Shown here in pieces: positions 59,485 through 64,000 of a DNA stretch of 64,000 bases. This DNA is from a virus. The stretch spans positions 1 through 64,000 of IMG/VR virus record IMGVR_UViG_3300013103_000005. One strand, written 5' to 3'. The notes under the pieces are model-generated. The model worked only from the letters and a program-made list of their open reading frames with translations, was not told the DNA's origin and did no database searches. Numbering within the stretch: position 1 is the stretch's first letter; each line of letters begins with the position of its first letter. A program made the position numbers and the translations under genes.

Positions 59485-60966
59485 ATGAAAAATAAAATAA
59501 CAATCGAACATCAATTTATATTTGCTTTACTCGAAGACCCGGGTAGGTTTAAAAAATTAAGAGGTATTAGTTCAAATTATTTATTAAATCCTGTAGCAAA
59601 ACTACTTTTTAGAAAGTTATTAAATTATCATAGGCGGACAAAGAAATTTTTAGATATAGAAGCATTAGGGACTTATATATCTTCTATACCTAAGAAAAAA
59701 TTAAGAAAGAAATTTTCAGAGTTTTATTCTGAATTGGCAACCCTTGTAGAAATTTCAGAATCTCAATTTGAATATATTTTAGAACAAATCAAAAAGAATT
59801 ATAAAAAGAAATTGATTAGTAATAAAGTTTATGATGTATTAGTGGCTAATGAGAATGAAGACAATCCAGACAAAGCAGAAAAATTATGGACATTGGGTTT
59901 ACAGGAATTGAGGAGACAATCTCCAGAAGAAGCTCCTTTAATAGACTTAGATGATGAATTATCTACAAGTTTAGAAGAATACGAGAAAATGAAGAACGAA
60001 GATAAGAAAGCAGTTCCTACAGGTATAGATTTAATTGATATGTATACGGGAGGATTATATCCTGGAGAATTGTGGTTGTTAGGCGGTTATACTTCAGAAG
60101 GTAAAACTACAGTATTAACGAATATAGCGAGAAATATAGTAGTTAATGGGTATAATGTTTTGTTTATAACTTTAGAAGAAACTGTAAAACAAATGAGGTG
60201 GAGATTTGCTTGTTGCCATTCTAATTATATTAAAAATGGTTCTGCTATTCCTGGGGTAGTTTATTCTAAAATAGAAACAACCGCTTTAGAACCAGAAGAA
60301 TTGAAAAAGTATAAAAAGACAATAAAGGATTGGTATAAAAATAAAAATAGGGGAAGAATATTTTTCTGGCAAGCACCTGCGAACACGATGGTGATTACAG
60401 TTGAAGATATTATGAATTATTTAGCGATGGATATTAGATTAGATGCCGTGCTTATAGATTATGCTCAATTAGTGAGACCTACAAAAAGAATAGGAAATAC
60501 AAGATATGAAATGACAGAGGTTATAGAGGATTTGAAACAACTAGCTTTAACTTTTAACGATGGTAAAGGGATACCTATATTGACCGCTTGGCAAATATCA
60601 AGGAAGGGTAGAAATAATGCAGAGAAAAGAGGTTATTATATTAAAGAAGATTTTAGCGAAACTTCATTTTCAGAAAGAACTTCTGATGTGATGTTATGGT
60701 TTTTAACTACTGATGAGTTTAAAGAAGCAGGTTTAATTAAATATGGAATAGCTAAAAATAGAGGTGGGCCAACTGAAATTAAAGGAAGATTTTTAAAACA
60801 GAATTTCGCTACGAATTATATAGGAACAAAAACATTAGACCAGAATGAGGTAGATAAGATATTAAAGAATTATCAAGGCGAGAAGAAAGCTTCAGAAGAA
60901 TTTGTGGTAGAAGATTTTGAAGAAGAAGGATTTTTCGACGACATTGAGGAATTTGAAGAAGTTTAA
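59485..60966 (+). CDS. dnaB: DnaB-like replicative helicase
   Basis: PTG...D...GG, G.TSEGKT, TLE, IDY.QL, Q..R and KNRGG motifs. Confidence 0.85.
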   Translation: MKNKITIEHQFIFALLEDPGRFKKLRGISSNYLLNPVAKLLFRKLLNYHRRTKKFLDIEALGTYISSIPKKKLRKKFSEFYSELATLVEISESQFEYILEQIKKNYKKKLISNKVYDVLVANENEDNPDKAEKLWTLGLQELRRQSPEEAPLIDLDDELSTSLEEYEKMKNEDKKAVPTGIDLIDMYTGGLYPGELWLLGGYTSEGKTTVLTNIARNIVVNGYNVLFITLEETVKQMRWRFACCHSNYIKNGSAIPGVVYSKIETTALEPEELKKYKKTIKDWYKNKNRGRIFFWQAPANTMVITVEDIMNYLAMDIRLDAVLIDYAQLVRPTKRIGNTRYEMTEVIEDLKQLALTFNDGKGIPILTAWQISRKGRNNAEKRGYYIKEDFSETSFSERTSDVMLWFLTTDEFKEAGLIKYGIAKNRGGPTEIKGRFLKQNFATNYIGTKTLDQNEVDKILKNYQGEKKASEEFVVEDFEEEGFFDDIEEFEEV

Positions 60967-60979
60967 CGCATTAAACTTT
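60958..60979. repeat. Palindrome copy 22 (CGCA)
   Basis: Contains the stop codon. Confidence 0.95.
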
Positions 60980-60996
60980 TGAGGACTTTTTGATAA

Positions 60997-61590
60997 ATGA
61001 AGAACGAAAAAATTTTGAAAATAATCAGAGAAGAATTGGATTTATTTAAGGTGTTAGATTTTTATAATATAGAATATAACCCTTCCAAAACAAAACAGAT
61101 GATAATTTGTCCTTTCCATTCGGAAATAAAACCCTCTTTATCTATTTCTGAAGATGGAAAATTATGGCATTGTTTTGGGTGTAATGCAGGCGGAGATGTT
61201 ATAAAGTTTATTGAAGAAATAGCTAAATGTGATTTTAAAGAAGCTATAGAAATAGCAAAGGAAATATTGGGAATTAAAAAAGGAAAAATCAAAATTAAAA
61301 AAGTTGTAAAGACGAAAGTTAAAGAAAAGATTTTGTTTGAAGATGTTCAAGAGGATTTGAAAAATAAATTACTCGAAGAATTGAAATTGATGTATAAGAC
61401 TTATAGAATTGTTTGTGATTTTCCTTTGTATTTGGATAAGATTTATGATTATGTTTTGAGCGTTGTTTTTGAAAAAGAAAGATGGTCTGTATCCTCTGTG
61501 AGAACCTTCCTTTCCCAATCCGAATCTTTATTTAGGCTCTCCTTTGAAAACCCTCCTAAAATTTCAAGATGGTATCCAGAAAAAGTTTAA
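60997..61590 (+). CDS. CHC2 Zn-finger protein (DnaG Zn-binding domain, no TOPRIM)
   Basis: CPFHSE.KPS...WHCFGC.AGGDVI.F. Confidence 0.85.
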   Translation: MKNEKILKIIREELDLFKVLDFYNIEYNPSKTKQMIICPFHSEIKPSLSISEDGKLWHCFGCNAGGDVIKFIEEIAKCDFKEAIEIAKEILGIKKGKIKIKKVVKTKVKEKILFEDVQEDLKNKLLEELKLMYKTYRIVCDFPLYLDKIYDYVLSVVFEKERWSVSSVRTFLSQSESLFRLSFENPPKISRWYPEKV

Positions 61591-61603
61591 CGCGTTAAAC
61601 TTT
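61582..61603. repeat. Palindrome copy 23 (CGCG), last in the window
   Basis: Contains the stop codon. Confidence 0.95.
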
Positions 61604-61701
61604 TCAAAAAAAAAATTAAAAATTTTTGTTTAAATTTATAAATTATTGGTTTATAATATTTTATGATTTTAAAATTTTTTAAAAAATTTTAAATTTTTCA
61701 C

Positions 61702-61729
61702 TTGCATTTTATCGTATATACGTTATAAT
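61702..61729 (+). promoter_or_regulatory. Sigma70-type early promoter with an AT-rich upstream tract
   Basis: TTGCAT-N16-TATAAT preceded by about 100 bp of nearly pure A/T. Confidence 0.65.
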
Positions 61730-61747
61730 ATACTATAGAATATAAAG

Positions 61748-61759
61748 GTTCTTTGAAAA
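61748..61759 (+). promoter_or_regulatory. rrn-type boxA antitermination element
   Basis: GTTCTTTGAAAA just downstream of the predicted transcription start. Confidence 0.55.
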
Positions 61760-61775
61760 TTTTAATCTTCTTTAT

Positions 61776-62240
61776 TTCTCCCGAGACCCTCAAGAGGAAG
61801 CGGAGGGTGAGAATCCTCTTAAAAAACACAAAGGGAGAAATAAAGAAGAACGCGAGGGACGGCGGACAGTCCAAGACGCACTCAGGTGGGTGCCGAAATC
61901 GGAAAGCCTACGAAGGCCAAGTAGGCGAGTACGAGAGTAATTGGCTAGGGAAACCACCGAGAAGGTCGGTCGGGGGTTGGCTCTGAGCCCTTGATGGTCT
62001 AGATGCGAAAGGCAAGCTCGCCTTTAAATCCCTTCCTCAAACCATTTCACTTCTCCTTCCTTCTTTAAAACCTAACAAAAGAACCCAAGACACTTGCTGA
62101 GTAGGTCCGAATCTGTCAAGGGTGGCTTGTATAAGCGATCGGAGCACCTGTGTCCGGGACAGGATACCTGACGGATTTAGGCTTTTCTTGAGAGCTAACG
62201 CTCTCAAGCTAATAAGGCTATCTTTAGTCTTATTAGCTAG
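61776..62240 (+). ncRNA. Candidate structured non-coding RNA or leader
   Basis: GC-rich island with many stems, G.U pairs, GNRA-type loops and two possible pseudoknots; no credible ORF. Confidence 0.5.
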
Positions 62241-62282
62241 TGGGCGTTATACATTATTAATATATGTATAGGAGGGAGGAAA

Positions 62283-62681
62283 ATGGCTAGAATTCAATTC
62301 AGAAAATTCGAATATGATAGAATTCTTCTCAAACTTTCCGATGACATTCACGGTTTCATCAGAGAAAAAGCGAAAAATATGGAAGTTTGCTGTTACGAGT
62401 ATAAAGACAGTCGCCTCCATATCGTTATCGGAACGACTTGGGATGGGTCGTTCCATAATCCAGGGCTTATTATTAAAGCGGAAGCGGAAATACTCAGAAA
62501 GGGATTCTGGAAACGTCTCCGCAAAAAGCTTAAAGAAGCAGAAGAGTTTTTCAGAAAAAGAATGGAGGGGGAAGAGAGCATCAACTGGGACGCTCTTAAT
62601 AAAATAAAAAGAATGAGAGGACATGCCGAGGCAATCCGTCGTTGGGAGTTGTCTCGGAAAAATAATAACCTTTTTTCATAA
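62283..62681 (+). CDS. Early hypothetical protein (paralog A)
   Basis: Strong SD GGAGG; paralogous to 62693..63082. Confidence 0.7.
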   Translation: MARIQFRKFEYDRILLKLSDDIHGFIREKAKNMEVCCYEYKDSRLHIVIGTTWDGSFHNPGLIIKAEAEILRKGFWKRLRKKLKEAEEFFRKRMEGEESINWDALNKIKRMRGHAEAIRRWELSRKNNNLFS

Positions 62682-62692
62682 GGAGGAAGAAA

Positions 62693-63082
62693 ATGACGAG
62701 GCACTTCTATGTTAGTGAAATATGGAATTTAAAAAATGAAAAGAAGTTCAAAAAATATATATGGCTTGGGGTCTCACCTGAAATGTTCCAAGCCATATTA
62801 AGGAAAGGCGAGACATTTACTTATGAAGATTCTCGCCTTTCCATTAAAATCGGGTGGAAGTGGTCTGAGTCGTTTCATGCCTCAGACACGACCACCGATA
62901 TACAGGTCTATACAAAAAAGCGTTCTGGATTTTTCAAACGCCTTCGCAAGAAGCTCAAAGAAGCGGAGGCGTTTTTTCTTGGAACAGAAGATGATATGTT
63001 CTCTGCCTTAGATGATATTAAGAAGCAAAAAAGAGAAATTGAGGCAATTTCCAGATGGGAGTTGTCTCGTAAGAATGCTTAA
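62693..63082 (+). CDS. Early hypothetical protein (paralog B)
   Basis: Shares DSRL.I.IG..W..SFH, KRLRKKLKEAE.FF and EAI.RWELSRKN with paralog A. Confidence 0.7.
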   Translation: MTRHFYVSEIWNLKNEKKFKKYIWLGVSPEMFQAILRKGETFTYEDSRLSIKIGWKWSESFHASDTTTDIQVYTKKRSGFFKRLRKKLKEAEAFFLGTEDDMFSALDDIKKQKREIEAISRWELSRKNA

Positions 63083-63103
63083 CCTTTTTAAGGAGAGAAG
63101 AAA

Positions 63104-63292
63104 ATGAAATTCAAGAAAGGCAACAAAGTCAAAATTAAAGTCGGTCGCCTAATGTCTTCTTACAGGTGGCTAGCTGATAAGGAACTAACCTATATTGGAA
63201 AATATAAAAGGGGTGCTACCACCTATGCGATTTTAAAGACGCAGGGTGGTAGCAGAATAGACGTAAATATTAAGAATGTAGAAAGGAGGTGA
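63104..63292 (+). CDS. Small SH3/KOW-like early protein
   Basis: MKFKKGNKVKIK start; SD AAGGAG. Confidence 0.55.
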   Translation: MKFKKGNKVKIKVGRLMSSYRWLADKELTYIGKYKRGATTYAILKTQGGSRIDVNIKNVERR

Positions 63293-63296
63293 TATT

Positions 63297-63653
63297 ATGG
63301 CAAGATATCTGACCAATGCTTTTAGCTTAAATATGATTGGAAATAAGACAGGAATGTTTATTGTACAGAACGCAGACTTGAAGACCCTCCGGGAAATATC
63401 CGATTTGCAATCGGTAATTGGTCATCAAGCTACTGCTGATTTACTTACAGAACTTCTTGGGCGAAAGATTGAATTCAATCGAGTAGCCCTTGAACTCAAA
63501 AGCGGGGATATATTATATGTGGTTACTGTTTTCAAAAATGGTAAGCCTTTCCGTCTCCCAGAAGGAAAGGTGCTTACTAAGGAAGAACTGAAAGGGTTAG
63601 AATTAAAGATTAAAGTTATCCAGTTTGTATCGGATAACCAGAAAGAAATGTAG
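63297..63653 (+). CDS. acrIII-1: DUF1874 (STIV B116-like) ring nuclease, anti-CRISPR AcrIII-1
   Basis: YL.NAFSLNM, S.IGH.ATA..L..LLG, NR...L..GD and RLPEGKVL..EEL, with the catalytic His/Arg/Glu positions intact. Confidence 0.85.
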   Translation: MARYLTNAFSLNMIGNKTGMFIVQNADLKTLREISDLQSVIGHQATADLLTELLGRKIEFNRVALELKSGDILYVVTVFKNGKPFRLPEGKVLTKEELKGLELKIKVIQFVSDNQKEM

Positions 63654-63668
63654 GGAGGAGGTGAGATT

Positions 63669-63869
63669 ATGAGAGGTTTCAAAAAATTATTGAAAGTTTT
63701 AGAAGAAAATCCAAATATGATAGTTAGCAACATAGGAAGTGGTAAATATAGAATAGAAGAAATTACCGCAGGAGAATTGAGAGTACACCTTTATTACCTA
63801 TTATACGATATTTGTTGTGAGCTTGGTCTGGAGAAGGAAAGAGAAGATATTAAAGAACTTTTTAAATGA
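63669..63869 (+). CDS. Small early hypothetical protein
   Basis: SD GGAGGTG. Confidence 0.6.
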   Translation: MRGFKKLLKVLEENPNMIVSNIGSGKYRIEEITAGELRVHLYYLLYDICCELGLEKEREDIKELFK

Positions 63870-63882
63870 AAGGAGGTGGATT

Positions 63883-64000
63883 ATGGAACTTATTAGGATT
63901 GAAGAAATTGAAAGATTGGTAAACGAGACAGGTAAGAAAGGTCTTAAAGACCTGCTTGCCAGGATGAAAGAGTTAGAACAAGGTAAGGTAGAAAAGGAAA
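63883..64000 (+). CDS. Early hypothetical protein, 3'-truncated
   Basis: SD AAGGAGGTG; MELIRIEEIERL... is open to the window end. Confidence 0.55.
   Translation, partial: MELIRIEEIERLVNETGKKGLKDLLARMKELEQGKVEKE

Noticed and set aside
2714-61603. Palindrome as a CRISPR repeat or intrinsic terminator
   Set aside because: Copies are kilobases apart with whole genes between them, and no cas genes are present. The stem is AU-rich without a consistent U-tail, and real terminators sit directly upstream at 8561 and 18758.
2714-61603. Palindrome as canonical parS or KorA/KorB operator
   Set aside because: Only a superficial resemblance to TGTTTCACGTGAAACA or GTTTAGCTAAAC. The ParB-N protein lacks an evident HTH and lies in a modification cluster.
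61753-61986. 77-aa ORF in the early leader
   Set aside because: TTG start inside boxA, no SD, atypical composition, and it overlaps the structured RNA candidate.
61776-62240. tRNA, hammerhead ribozyme or cobalamin riboswitch in the leader
   Set aside because: No TTCG T-loop cloverleaf, no CUGANGA/GAAA core and no B12 box found by eye.
1887-63733. Minus-strand ORFs (e.g. 52521..53081, 8902..9213, 62247..62624) and alternate-frame ORFs 62314..62607 and 62823..63011
   Set aside because: They are shadows of well-supported + strand genes, with no motifs or SD.

Overview
The window is a 64-kb piece of a large, AT-rich tailed virus with a contractile (myovirus-type) tail. Almost all credible genes are on the + strand. 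Gene order: (1) head module (1-~9.9 kb): truncated portal, probable internal head proteins, an actin-family ATPase, prohead protease, scaffold, decoration protein, and a major capsid gene split by a group I intron carrying a homing endonuclease; (2) neck, tail, baseplate and fibres (~9.9-46 kb), including an unusual lysis-like block with a stand-alone response-regulator receiver; (3) replication and DNA modification (46-61.6 kb): SNF2 helicase, 5'-3' exonuclease, PCNA-like clamp and RFC-like loader, ParB-N protein, two radical SAM enzymes (one B12-dependent), a glycosyltransferase, UDG-fused PolA, a methyltransferase, DnaB and a primase Zn-finger; (4) start of an early operon: sigma70-like promoter, rrn-type boxA, ~500 nt of highly structured non-coding sequence, and small genes including an AcrIII-1 (DUF1874) ring nuclease. 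The strongest unexplained signal is a 22-bp hairpin/palindrome, AAAGTTTAA-CGC(G/A)-TTAAACTTT, found 23 times between 2714 and 61603. It sits mostly at gene junctions, its centre is strand-polarised, and one copy caps a long RNA rod that covers a ribosome-binding site. A bacterial, possibly thermophilic host is inferred from SD motifs, the promoter, PolA/DnaB and Lys/Glu/Ile-rich proteins. All family calls come from motif recognition by eye; no database searches were run.
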